A stretch of 64,000 nucleotides of DNA from Squalus acanthias. Lineage: Eukaryota. The stretch is taken from assembly GCA_030390025.1 (NCBI GenBank), contig CM059432.1, positions 115,260,001-115,324,000 on the forward strand. The letters are read 5' to 3'. Positions 24,358 through 36,772 of the stretch are shown piece by piece; positions within the stretch are counted from its first letter, which is position 1; each line of letters opens with the position of its first letter. A program made the position numbers and the translations under genes. The notes beneath the pieces are model-generated. The model did not search any database. It saw nothing but the letters and a program-made list of their open reading frames with translations, and was not told the DNA's origin.

Positions 24358-25710
24358 AATTACAAGTCCTAGCCCTTTTCGGGCTACCCCAGATCAGGCG
24401 TATTCCCCAGACGTTCCCCTTCAACTAAAGTTAGAGATAGCTGAATCCTATAAGATGCTTAATTGGGTCTAAAGGTCAGACTATCTCTCCCTAAAGGAAA
24501 GAAACGGCCTGAAGATGTTACCGTCCTCCGGATAGCACTTTTAACAAGTTTAACTTGACTGTAACCATCCGGATATTACAAGGGTCCGGAAAACCCCCCA
24601 GAATTCTGCAACTCCTCACAGAAGAGTGTACAGAAATTGAGTTTGCGAGTTTGATACAGAAATTATTCTGTGAGATAATTTTAAAAATATATAGATTTAT
24701 TAAAGAACCGACATGTAGTTAACAGCTGTTGATTTCAATCGCAACTTTAACAGTCCAAAATACAAATAGCTTACATTTCTTATCAGAGATCCTTACTCTC
24801 AAATCTTAACTTCGTTACATTTCCACACTTCTACTTAGTTCTTAATCCAGAATGTCCACCAAAATCAAATACCTTGATTACCCGAGACTCAAACAGTTGT
24901 AGGCCTACAGAGTGGTTCTGAAGGTGAGAATTGCTTGCCTTTCCAGCGACTTCTGACTTTCTATCTGAAAAGCTCTATTTTTATACTCTTTTTGCAGTGG
25001 CATTTTCTTTGAAGTTTTCTGTTGATGTAAGCTAATTATCTCCAGTGATACTTCTGTTGACTTCTTTCTATTCTTACTGTTAATTCAGCTGTTAGCTTTC
25101 AGAATTCTGTCTCTGTATAGGTGTTTCAAAAACTTATCATATAAAATAGTTATTACAGATTTATCTCTTTGATGCCATTCTTTCAAAGGTCTTCCATTGA
25201 TTTCTTAATATTGGCTTAACTGCTTGTATTTCAGACTTCTCGTCTCCTTGTGTTCCAAGTTCAACACATAAACAATGTGATTGCTTGGTACATCTATTGA
25301 TGAAATATTTACAAAGTCTCCTGTTTGTACCTTTTACAATTTGTAAATCAAAAACACTTCATCTAGGGTGTTCTTTGCATTTCTTAGCTACTTCAATTGG
25401 TTATATATATAATCTTGTTTCCTGTTTCATTTGATGTTACTTTACAAAGGCACATGGTTTTTTAATGTTCTGTTTTTCTGTTCGACGTGTTAGTTTTTAA
25501 CACTTTACTTGGGCATTGCTATTGTGTTGGTTCCAAACTACAGACTCCTTGGAACCAACACTTTGCTTCTTCAATAGGCCATTGTCTCAGTGTCAATAAC
25601 CAATCTTTATCTCAAAAGCCTGTATGGTGTTTACAGCTTTGTGACGTTGAGGCTTTTAGATTTTTAAACCCAGTTTGTCATGTTTTAATAAAATCAGAAT
25701 TCTGTTCATA
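24358..25710 (-). mobile_element. Probable solo LTR (~1.35 kb)
   Basis: Minus-strand TATAAAAA (24978-24985) upstream of AATAAA (24696-24701); GGAT on both flanks; termini TATGA..TAATT are non-canonical, so the left boundary is uncertain (alternative 24516). Confidence 0.5.
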
Positions 25711-25766
25711 GGATGGTGTATTTTTCTGAATAGGTTTGGCTCATTCCTTTACAGAGCAGATCACCT

Positions 25767-26159
25767 ATCATATATTTTTTTTTGACACTTTTTTTTGTTT
25801 GTGTTTTCTTTTCTTCTCTCTCACATGGCAGCTATCTTTCATTCTGCCAGCGCAATTTACACTTCATCTAGAGCCATCATTTGTTTCTTAACCTGTCCCA
25901 TTACCATCTCCTTTGCCTTGAATATCTCTTAATGTCTCTTAACCTCTCCTGCCTTCTATCCTATCACAGACCTTCCCTTTTGTTCTTTCATCCCCTCCCC
26001 CCTTTCCGATGTCCTACACTTTCTTAAAAATCTGTTCCATTTCCTGCTTTTTTCCAGTTCTGACGAAAGGTCATCGACCTGAAACGTTAACTCTGTTTCT
26101 CTCTTCACAGATGCTGCCTGACCTGCTGAGTATCTCCAGCATTTTCTGTTTTTATTTTG
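25767..26159 (+). mobile_element. Solo Penelope pseudo-LTR
   Basis: Homologous to 16435-16825; 13-bp TSD GAGCAGATCACCT (25754-25766, 26160-26172). Confidence 0.9.
26056..26092 (+). ncRNA. Minimal hammerhead ribozyme motif
   Basis: Identical to 16725-16761. Confidence 0.8.
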
Positions 26160-26701
26160 GAGCAGATCACCTGCCTGTTATAGAATCTGCCTGTTTTTGA
26201 TTTGCAACTAAATCAATGGAAGTGAAAATCGTGTGGATTCTGTGACAATTCACTCCGCCAGTTTACTGCCCAGGCATTGAAGGTTAAACCTACCCCCATA
26301 ACACAATTCCAACCACCAAACGATTGCATGAATATACAGTGTTCCTCATGAATGGAATACAAGGTAGGTTCTCCTCTGTTTATTGCAACTTTATTCATTT
26401 ACAATCAACGACCGGAATTTTGCCTACCTGGGCGGGTCCGGTGCGGGCGATGGTGATGGCAGGTCGCGAACCCGCTGCTGGCTCCATCCCGCTGCTGAAA
26501 ATGAACATACGTTGATAGGGCCGATTAAGCCCGCCCAGCGCGTTACCCGGCCCCAATTAAATGGAGCAGGTCTGGTGACATCATTCATGACGCGTTTTCA
26601 GCCGGGATCTTTAAAGGGACCATGGCCACATTACATTTGATGTTTAATATAACATAGTGCTATCAGTGTATTACAGCATTAGAGTGCTGCAAACACTGAC
26701 A

Positions 26702-26938
26702 ATGGCTGCACAAAGGCAGAGGGCCGCACCCAGGTTCTCCTGGAGGGCGATTAAGCATATGGAGGGAGTCAGAGCACGCAGGGAGATTCTCTTCCCTTCC
26801 GATGGGCGGAAGACACCTCCTCAGGAGACCAAAACAGCCTGGTTGCACATTACAGAGGAGGTCACAAGCAGGGATATGGTCAGGAGAACCTGGGTGCAGT
26901 GCTGCAAACATTTCAATAATCTCATTAGATCAGGAAAC
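26702..26938 (+). pseudogene. Harbinger Myb/SANT-like gene exon 1 (rest deleted)
   Basis: MAAQRQRAAPRFS..AWLHITEEV..RTWVQCCKHFNNL; paralogous to 12129-12368, including the downstream intron. Confidence 0.85.
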
Positions 26939-27661
26939 GTTAGTACAAAGCCACACTCAACCTCACCCTGCTGTGCCTCTCATCACATCCCCATCACTCT
27001 GCCTTCCCTACCCTACTCCTGCACATCCTTACTCACACCAACTTACCTTGCACCTCCACCCATCCCTCTCTATCTACATTATCACATCCCCATCTTACTT
27101 GTCACCCCTCACACTCATCCTCATCCTAGTGCAATCATACCAACTAACAACATACAAGGGTAGGCACTTGAGTATTTTATCCAATGTTTATGTAAAGTTT
27201 CTGTTAATGTGGTGTCAAACATAAAAATCTTTATTTTCAACACTTTACGGTCTTGGACAGATTTGTGTGCACCTTTGGAAGTGGCTTAGTGAGTTGCAGT
27301 GAATGGTGAGACATAACGGCACCCCCCGCAATGGCGATGAGTGTGAAAGGAATGGCTTGGGTATTGTAGGGATGCTTTATGGTGTTGCTGTGGGGTGGTG
27401 CCAACCTGGTGCATCATGTGGCAGCCATTTGGGTGTACAGCATAAAGTTAACTAAATCTGGCCATGATGAGGCCATCCTTGGCAGCAATGTGCTCAGGTG
27501 CTGATGCCCTCTATCCTGTGCAGCATCAGATGATTGTGGAGAAGATTGGTGTTGTTGCTGCTGGTGTGCCTGGTGCTGCTGGTGTTGGGGCTGATCATGG
27601 TCCGATTCTGAGGACCAAGGTGAGACAGTATAAACGGCACCCATGTTGATGGAATATGGCA

Positions 27662-28036
27662 TAAGAACATAAGAAATAAGAGCAGGAGTAGGCCATACGG
27701 CCCCCCGAGCCTGCTCCGCCATTCAATAAGATCATGGCTGATCATCGACCTCAACTCCACTTTCCCGCTCGATCTCCATATCCCTTGATTCCCCTAGAGT
27801 CCAAAATATCTATCTCAGCCTTGAATATACTCAAAGACTCAGCATGCACAGCCCTCTGGGGCAGAGAATTCCAAAGATTCACAACCCTCTGAGTGAAGAA
27901 ATTCCTCCTCATCTCTGTCTTAAATGGCCTACCCCTTTTCCTGAGACTATGCCCCCTAGCTCTAGACAGTCCAGCCAGGGGAAAATAACCTCTCAGCATC
28001 TACCCTGTCAATCCCCTTCAGAATCTTGTATGTTTC
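27662..28036 (-). mobile_element. CR1 3' end nested in Harbinger
   Basis: ORF 27751-27999 (RGH..RRNFFTQRVVNLWNSLP); TGGCA at both junctions. Confidence 0.9.
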
Positions 28037-28743
28037 TGGCAGGTGAAGTAGAGATGACAGAAGCATTCTGTTAATGGTGAGAGAGGTTCTTCCAATGATG
28101 TGACACTGGATGGAGACTTTGCTGGAAACACTTGCAGCCGGCAGAATCTGTGCTGGAAATGGACTGAGCAACAGCTTCTGCCTGAGGAAAGTGATCATCT
28201 GTCAGGTGGGAGCTTTTACTGTACATTTCATGCTGTCAAGTAATCAGCTGGAGCAATGGCCACGGAACTCCTGCCTCAGGTTGACAGATGTGCTTCCCAA
28301 GCAGCGTGGTTCCCGTGGCCATCCAGTTAAATTTAAAATGTAAGTTAAAATAGCCTGTTAAGAGTCTGACAACTAGCTGTTAATCATCTTAATTGGTTCC
28401 CCCGCCGCTGCCGGTCGGGTCGGCTCCGCGATGGGGGAAAGGCACATGCGGGCGGGATGGCAGCGAGTTCCCGACCCGCTGTCAAAAATAACAACTTTCC
28501 CACCTGACCCGCCACCAATTGCACCCGCTACTACCCCGGAAAATTCCGGCCAACGTCTTTCAGACTTTAGCTGCTCACAATAGTGAGCCGTTCAATCAAA
28601 AAAATTAAAACATGTCCCAGTTTAATACTCCATTTAAACTGCTGAGCCGATGAGGACATATGGAGACATATTTTTTACTTTTGTTCTTGGGTGTAACTGC
28701 CTGGATGGAGCACACAGAAGGAAATCAGGTAGGGATGGTCACA

Positions 28744-29008
28744 TAGGGAATTCAGAAGAAACTTCTTTACCCAAAGAGTGGTGAGAATGTGGAACTCGCT
28801 ACCACAGGGAGTGGTTGAAGCGAATAATATAGATGCATTTAAGGGGAGGCTGGACAAGCATATGAGGGAGAAGGGAATAGAGGGTTATGCTGATAGAGTT
28901 AGATGAGGAATGACGGGAGGAGGCTCGTGTGGAGCATAAACGCCGGCATGGACTGGTTGGGCCGAATGGCCTGTTTCTGTGCCGTATATCCTATGTAATC
29001 CTTTGTAA
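28744..29008 (+). mobile_element. CR1 3' end (second subfamily)
   Basis: RNFFTQRVVRMWNSLP coding remnant, GGGCCGAATGGCCT tail motif, (CCTATGTAAT)-like tail. Confidence 0.85.
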
Positions 29009-29404
29009 TGTCTGCAACTGAGCCTGCCCAAAATCCCTCTCTGCACTCCATCCGGGCAATTATTTACGCCCAAGTACAAAAGAGGAAAGTCTGTTCCATA
29101 CACTTCATAGACATTATTCAATTTATTCCAGTTAGGTCCAGTCTTTGTTTAAAAGTCATGCCACACCAAGAGGTTTCCTGTCTTACTTGAGGTGTAGGAT
29201 TAAGGTTCATCCTGTAGGATATCACCGAGGTTGAAAAGAGTAAAAGAGAAGCCAAGATAAATCCGTAAGTCCTGATTTGGTGACAGCAAGCTCAGGTTTT
29301 AAATGCCTAAAAATTGTACAAGATAAGAGAGACTGAGGGACATAAGGGAATCCACAATTTTAAAGTTCTGAGAAAGAATTAGTTAAGAGTGGGAGACTGA
29401 ATTT

Positions 29405-29846
29405 AAAAAATGACTTGCATTTATATGGCACCTTTTATGACCTCAGGATGTCCCGAAGCGCTTTACAGCTAAATAAGTATTTTTTGACGTGTAGGCATTG
29501 TTGTAATGTAGGAAATGTGCACAGCAAGGTCCCACAAACAGCAAGGTAATAATGACCAGATAATCTGTTTTTAGGTGTTGGTTGAGGAATAAATATTGAC
29601 CAAGACACCGGGGAGAAGTCCCCAACTCTTCTTCAAAATAGTGGCATGGGATCTTTTACGGGCAACTGAGAGAACAGCGGGGCCTTGGTTTAACGCCTCG
29701 TCCAAAAGACAGCACCTCTGATAGTGCCGCGCTCCCTCAGTACTGCACTGGAGCCTCAGCCTGGATTTTGTGCTCAAGTGCTTGGAGTGGGACTTAGAAC
29801 CCACAGCCTTCTGACTCAGCAGCCAGCACTGAGCCACGGCTGCCAC
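29405..29846 (-). mobile_element. SacSINE1/DeuSINE-like SINE
   Basis: Homologous to 7730-8200 and 43034-43503. Confidence 0.88.
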
Positions 29847-31329
29847 TAAAGCGTTAAATCGTTTAGATCGTTTGTCATTTTGGCAGTATTTCTCTTCCGC
29901 CAAAGTTACAGCAAGATATCAGGAGAAGCCCTGCGTAAATTATTGACAAAGTATTACAGTGTACTGCACCTCCAATTTTGAAATAAGCTAAGTTTAAACT
30001 GATGATTTAATTTCACAGCAAATGAAAAAGCCAGTCAATAAATAATAGTACATTTTTGCATGTTTAATAAGTAAACCAATTGATTTGGAGGACACGATGG
30101 CTTTGTGTCTTGGAGTGCCAATAGGCAGGGCTACAAAGAATGGCTGGACATGGATTCAATTTGCCCCAATCTGCTGAGTTCACAAGTTGCTGTGTGAAGA
30201 TGTCGAGGGAAGGCCAGGCATCTTCTAATGGAGCCGAGGGAAAATTGGAAGACCTGCGATTCTCACGCACCTCCTGCCAGCCATCCCAAGGGCAGCACAG
30301 ACAGAGGCCTGGGGGTAGGCTGCTTACCCGTCCTTTCAGCAGCACAGGGTCCTGGGCCTCACAAAGGATGAGGGGAAAAAAGGGAAAAACCTAGCCCCTG
30401 AAATGACACTATTTTAAGTGGGTTAATGCCTCTGTTAAATTAACGCTGGAAGGAATTTCAACATTTATACGTTATTATCCCACAGCATGAATTCAGGGCC
30501 CTTAAGAAAAAGTACAAGTGATTGTTGGAAATTTGACTGGAAAGACTATAGCCTACTACAGACTTGAAGAACTTGAGGCAATCTGCACGAAATGAACATG
30601 GACTGTCCTCTTGGTCCTAAGACACTACAGCACATATAAATGAAAAGTAATAATTGGGAAAGAAGCCATTTGCATTGAGTGAATGTAAGATGTCCTTTAT
30701 AGTCTGGTGCAATTTGGCAGACACCTGAAGGTTAATGTCAGGGTCATTACTTGCCTGAGTTGTGGAGCTAGCCATCTGGCCGATATGCTTGAACAAAATT
30801 ACAGTACCACAGTTTAAGGCTGTATGGCCTCACAGCAAGATTTGTTAATGCGTTCAGCTTTAGTATGTAATGGATTTTTACATTATGAGAATATTATGTA
30901 AAAACTATCAAATCAACTCAAATCCCAAAATAATACAATACTGCAAAAAAACTGCCCAGTCTCATCCTAATGTCAACTGATTACTCGATCATTCTGTGTA
31001 GTGCCATATATGACAGAGCAAAGTTTAAGAAAGGCACTGATTACTATAAATTTACCAGTTTTTGTGATATGCGAAATTGATGATGTCGCAGGTAGCTGCT
31101 GATTTAGGGGTAATCAGTTCTAAAATATTCCAGGACCAATAATCTTCTGCCCTGCTCCCAAATAATGTCTGAAAAATTGGTGCAATGCAGCAGAAAATTA
31201 TGCTCAATACAGAGGAAAATGAGCGCTAATCCTTTGGCCAAATCTGCTCCTAACTGGCACTGCACACAAACTTTTCTGCTGCCTGCACCAAAGAGGGGGC
31301 AGCAATGTAAATATGACACAAATGAATAC

Positions 31330-32082
31330 TGGAAGGGAGCGGAAAGGGTGCAGGGCAGCCCGGGAGCGGGGGACGCACCCAGACAGGTCGGGGACATGGA
31401 GGCCCTACCGATCTTAACAGCAGGGTCTTGTTTAAATAAAACTCCCCGGAGCCCCGCCCAACACCCGGCAAGATTCACTACCTGGCTTGCGACGGGAGAG
31501 ACATGAAGCTGCAGCCAGGGACCTGTAGGAACGGTCCCCATCAGACAGTAGGAGGAGGGGTTCCAGGGTAACTGCGGTGCCCGATCGGGGGCGGGGCAGG
31601 CTGTGTTGGGGATTCCGTTGTAGTGCGTAATCGGGTGGAGGCCAGGGGTGGGGATTCACTTGCAATCGTGGGGAGGCCAGGACTGGCGAGGCCCAAGAAC
31701 TCCTTGAGAGACTTGGGGAAGGAGCAGTCCTGCTCCTCCGGCCTGCAAGGATTTCGAAGAGAAGAACATTTATGAAACTTACCTTGGCCTCTTCTGGCCA
31801 GTCAGTTCCTCCCACCATGGCTCTGCTGACAGTGCAGGACTCCCCCGGCTTGTTGTTAATATTATGTTGCGGCGCCGATGACAGGATCGGCTGCGACTTT
31901 TGTGTCTTAAGTAGGCCCCAGTCTGCCTTTAGCGGGAGCCTCATCAATGGCCTGAATCACCGCCATTAATATTATGGCAGTCAGGAACACAGCAGGTTGA
32001 AGGTGGGATTTCGATTTTCAAGATTTTAACCCCTCGCCCGGCACTTTCCTGCTCGTCGGGGTGGGGGGTTAAAATCGAGGCC
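31330..32082. mobile_element. Harbinger-type MITE, right part
   Basis: GC-rich; ends AAAATCGAGGCC|TAA, the reverse complement of the GGCCTCGAT start at 8494 and 22077; left end not found. Confidence 0.6.
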
Positions 32083-32093
32083 TAAAACATTTA

Positions 32094-32832
32094 GGGCTAA
32101 AAATTGAGTAGCGCCCCATTTTGGCGCTAACTTTGCCGGGGCGCTACTTTTAGTGCCTCGGAAAAATTAGCGCCCCCGCGCTGGAACTTCAGTGGTTGCG
32201 CCCCAAGAGGGAAGCGGGGCGCTACTGGAAGCGCCCCGCATCCCTCTTGGGGCACTGCGAGTCAATATCGCGGCGCTACGTGCCGCGGTATTGCAGGCCT
32301 TCCTCCCCTTCTTAAAGGGGAGGGGCCTTGCGCAGCGCGAGCGGGGCCCAACTGGGCCCCCGGGGATCGAGAATGCCGGCAAAAGAGCCTGGCACTCAAG
32401 AGAAGTGCCGGGCTCTTGGAGCGCAGCCGGCACTCCGTGGGGGGGGGGGGGGGGGGGGGCGTTCAGTAGGCTGGGGATGGGAGCACAGGCAGGTGCTGGC
32501 AGGTGGCCAGCAACAAAAATGGCTGCCCCGCACCTCGCCTTTAAATTGCGCCTCCCCAGCCGCAGGTAGGCCCCCCTGACCCCGTCGGACATAGCGTCCG
32601 GCGGTAAGTCAGGGGGCGCTCCCGAAGATCGCGGCCGGGGTGTGAGCGGGGCGCTGCACACAGCGATGACGTCATCGCCGGTGGCGCAGCGCTGCGGGGC
32701 GCTACCAGTTAGCGCGGCTGTTAACCTCCCGCTGAAATTCGCGGGAGGCGTGGGTGGCGCCGCGCCCGGGCGCTAGTTGCTTTGTGCCACGTTAGCGCCC
32801 TAAGAGGCGTAAAGCAACCCAATTTTTCCCCC
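32094..32832. mobile_element. GC/CpG-rich Harbinger-type MITE
   Basis: TIRs GGGCTAAAAATTGAG / CCCAATTTTTCCCCC; TSD TTA; homologous to 59986-60730. Confidence 0.9.
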
Positions 32833-33367
32833 TTAGTTTGTGCCATGTTGCTTTGGTAGATTTTTTTTTAATTAATCAAATTGGGTAATAACTATTCAGT
32901 ACTCAGTGTTCTAGGTCTGTATTCCTAAATGTACTTTGAATGTCAGAAGCAACGCCATGCAGGTTGAAGCTAATGGCCACAGTGAGTGACTAGGTAGGTT
33001 CTGTGGTCCAGTAAGGATGGCCACATGATGTAATGTGGGACTAAAATGGCATTGAAGTTGGTCTCCAAATGAGCGTTCGAATTGGAAAATGAATTGTTGT
33101 TTAAAAACACACACAGCAAGGGCATCTTATTTCTACAATGATTCCATAACGCAGTGAACACATCTTACACACACACACACACAAAATGCCTCCTGCGCGA
33201 AGGCACGTAGGTAGATATTGTATGCACAGTGCAGGAAGAAACACAAAAACCATGTCAGATTACACATAAACAAAAGCAAAATACTGCCAGATGCTGTATT
33301 CCACAAAGATTATCGCCATTGCAGAGAAACTAATTTCAAATATCACCAAAAGATAAGTCATAAAGTA

Positions 33368-33476
33368 TTAAAAATAACAACAGAAAGTGTTGGAAACACT
33401 CAGCAGGTCAGGCAGCATCCGTGGAGAGAGAAAAACAGAGTCAACATTTCTGGTCGATGGCCCTTCGTCAGAACTG
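33368..33476 (-). mobile_element. Short Penelope-end insertion with degenerate hammerhead
   Basis: 11-bp TSD GTCATAAAGTA (33357-33367, 33477-33487); minus strand CAGTTCTGACGAAGGGCCATCGACCAGAAATGTTGACT. Confidence 0.85.
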
Positions 33477-34357
33477 GTCATAAAGTAAAGATAGAGGATC
33501 AGCCATGATCATATTCAATGGCGGAGCAGGCTCGAAGGACCGAATGGCCTACTCCTGCTCCTATTTTTCTATGTTTTTTTTTCTATTATGACTCTTGAAC
33601 TTAAAGTCGAAAATACATCCGCAACATAACAGCTTATTAACTTTGGTGAGCCCTGACATTGTCTGGCCTACACCACCTATGGTACTAAACCTTGGGTTAG
33701 CTCCTCCTCATCCCACAATTTATGTGTATAGCTAAAGGGAGCCACACTCACCAAATTACTTCTATCCACTAAGGCCAACTTCTAGTTAAAACTTCAGAGG
33801 AATGTTTCCAGAAGAGATCCAGAGGACACAACCTCAGTCAGCCTCATCTTTAAGGATAACATAATGTGCTCCATTATTAGCAGTTCACACGGGAGTCTAA
33901 TAAGCTGTGTTGTAAAAATCAGGTCTCTTCCCATTCTCCAATTAAGGATTGCACACCGACATGCCCTGGACAAAGCAATGTGAACATTTCTTTTCCCATT
34001 ATGCCCAATGTGCATACGTTGTTGAGTCACTATACATTAGAGAGAAGAAACACTCATATTCATATCATGCCTTGTTACATCTTAAAGTATTTCATATAAA
34101 ATGAATTACTTGAAGATTGTCATTATGTAGGCTAATGCAGCAATCATTTTACACACAACAGTAAGATGAATAACCAGTTAATTTTTTTTTGGTGCAGACA
34201 GAAATGTAGGTCAGGACAACCTACTCTGCTTCAGCTAGAGCCATGAAATCTTTTAAATCTCACCTAGTGACCTACTTGTCTTAGAATAGCGCCATGGTAT
34301 CTTTACTTTTATCTGAGCAGGCATACAGGGTTGCAGTTTAAGGACAGCACCTCCAAC

Positions 34358-34956
34358 AATAACAGAAAGAGTAGATCGGGATAGTGCAGTAGATGGAATA
34401 TACTTGGATTTTCAAAAACCCTTGGATAAGGTCATGACTAAGGTCAGAGCATGTGGAGTCAGGGGACAAGTCGCAGAGTGCAAAAAGAAGATTTACAAAG
34501 ATACCAGAACTGGAGGTTATAACTTTCAGGAAAGACTGAACAGGCTGGGACTCTTTTCTCTAAAAAAGAGAAGGTTGAGGGTGACCTAATAAAGTCTTTA
34601 AAATTATGAAGGGGTTTGATCGGGTAGCCGTAGGGAAGATGTTTCCACTCGTGGGGAGTCCAGAACTAAAGGACACAAATGTAAGATAGTCACTAATAAA
34701 TCCAAAAAAGAATTTGGGATAAAGTTATTTTCCCAGAGAGTTGTTAGAATATGGAACCTGATACCACAAGGAGTAGTTGAGGTGAATAGCATAAATGCAT
34801 TTAAGGGGAAGCTAGTTACATACACGAGGGAGAAAGGAATAGAAGATTATGCAGATAAGGTTAGATGAAGTAAGGTGGGAGGAGGCTCTTGTGGAGCATA
34901 AACACCAACATAGACCAGTTGGGCCGAATGGCCTGTTTCTGTGCTGTAAATTCTAT
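34358..34956 (+). mobile_element. Internally deleted CR1 3' fragment
   Basis: YLDFQK.LDKV joined to ERLNRLGLFSL..; tail as in 28744-29008. Confidence 0.85.
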
Positions 34957-35186
34957 GGCCTAGAAATTTGATTAGGCCAGAAAACGGCCGGCTGAGATTA
35001 ATGGCCGCCCGCAAAAAGAGCGCAGGCAGCACCGGTATTTTGGTGCTGCCTGCTGATTTACAAGAGCGGAGCGGAGAATCTCTTGTGCAACGCGCTCTTT
35101 CCAGCGCTAACCTCAGCAGGAGGCCGAAGGTCACATCTGAGGGATTGGTGCGGCGTTCTCGGGCAATGTGCTGTGTCGGAGCATTT

Positions 35187-36772
35187 TGTGACGGCTCCTG
35201 GGTCTTGCTGGGTCAGGAGGTATCTGTAAAGTTTCGCAATTATCGCGATTCGAAATAACGAGATAGAAGCAGATTCGTTTGATCAGTTTATTTAAATGAA
35301 ATGCTGTCATGATTAAACAGGACACAGAAGCCTGTAAAATGGCTGCCGCGCATCGTGGCAGAAGTTTCCAGAACACAGTGGGCAGACAAGATGGCGTCGA
35401 ATATACATTTAGTATAAGATTGGATCATACTCGGTAAACACTGATAAAGACAGGATGCAACCCGTTTGCATTTGAAACAATAGCAAAGATAAAAGTGCTG
35501 GAATCGTTTTCCATGCAGAAGTAAGGACCATTGTACTGGGCAATTCAAGGCCCATCCAGACACAGCAATACACATATACCCCCACGGCTCTACAATGAGA
35601 GAGCCATTCACGGGTGATTAAGTCAGTATTCGAGGAGGCCCCAAAACCAGTCAGGGAGACTCCTAGCCGGTTCGACAATGAGGAAAACATTAACGGATAG
35701 TTGGCCAGTCTCAGGTGCTACCGAAACCCGTTAAGGACAAGAATCGCCCCATGCTGGGAGTTTTGAGCGCCAATATTTCACAAAGGACAAACATTAAGAT
35801 TTGGGCGGGAGATAAGGGAACACAGCACTATAACTATAGTGAACAAATGTCCATCGCTCTCTTATTCTCTTATCTCGCTGCTGACTGCGGAGGGTTTTAT
35901 TCTCTTATTCGCTCGCGACTTCATGGACTGGCTTGACTGGGGAGCTTCTGTGTTTTCTCTGGACTCTGTTGACTATGTTGGGTGGAGCTCAAATGGAACG
36001 AGCCGCCTGAAATGAAGGCCAGTGACCGGGTGCACCATCCCGAGGGTCGGTAAACGGTGTCTGGACCCGAAGGCCCGAAGAGACGAGACGAGACGAGAAG
36101 AAGAATCCACGTGCCGCCGCGGTCAGTAAACCCCGACCGCGCCCGAAAATATACAACCCATTTCTTGAACTCTACAGGTTACTGCACGAACTGGTCAAAG
36201 ACTCTTCTTCGAATTCTACCGACAACTGGTGTCGGTACAAGAAGACTTTTCTTTGAGTTCTACAGCCGGGCCCGAGTATTGTCGAGTTCTTCATGACAAC
36301 GGGGAGCCCAGCCTGCTTGCCTGCAGCAGCGAAGATAAACAAGTGGGGTACAGAGACCCCTCCAAACACGTGACAGTCAGGCGCTGCAGCGAAACGAGCC
36401 GAGTGCCTCACTTTAAAATTCTCCGAAGTATCACGAGTGGTGAGCATGTTTCCCGATCCTACAAATCTAGATGTAGTGTAGGTATTGATAAGGGAGGGTG
36501 GTTTTATTAAGGATAAAGTATAATGTGTTCCCCTTTTTACGATGTGCCGTGCGTTCTTCATTACCATAGACCAAGCTTTATGAATGTATGTATACTTGTA
36601 CTCTCGTTAATTTGCGCCTATGACATGTACTTCATGATCTTGGACGCTATGCAATAAAGATTTCCATTTCGTACTATTCAACCGGATCTATTTGAGTTTT
36701 TCTCTGCATTACTGCTCTCGCACCTAAGTCCAGTGTTAGAACCGTAAGGGCGAGTGGGTCGAACCACTCACA
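35187..36772 (+). mobile_element. Solo-LTR-like element (1586 bp), CpG-rich
   Basis: Termini TGTGA..TCACA; AATAAA at 36653 about 115 bp from the end; no coding capacity recognised; no TSD seen. Confidence 0.7.

Larger units (their letters stand above)
26410..28551. mobile_element. Internally deleted Harbinger transposon with both ends
   Basis: TIRs GACCGGAATTTT / AAAATTCCGGCC, TSD AAC; Myb exon on + and a probable transposase N-terminal remnant on - (MGAVYTVSPWSSESDHDQPQHQQ, ~27490-27644). Confidence 0.88.

Noticed and set aside
32167..32661. ORFs in GC-rich sequence that look like a CpG-island first exon
   Set aside because: Inside a TIR/TSD-bounded MITE with a second copy at 59986; high GC suppresses stops
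36057..36567. ORFs within the LTR-like element (possible accessory genes)
   Set aside because: Short, overlapping on both strands, no recognisable motifs
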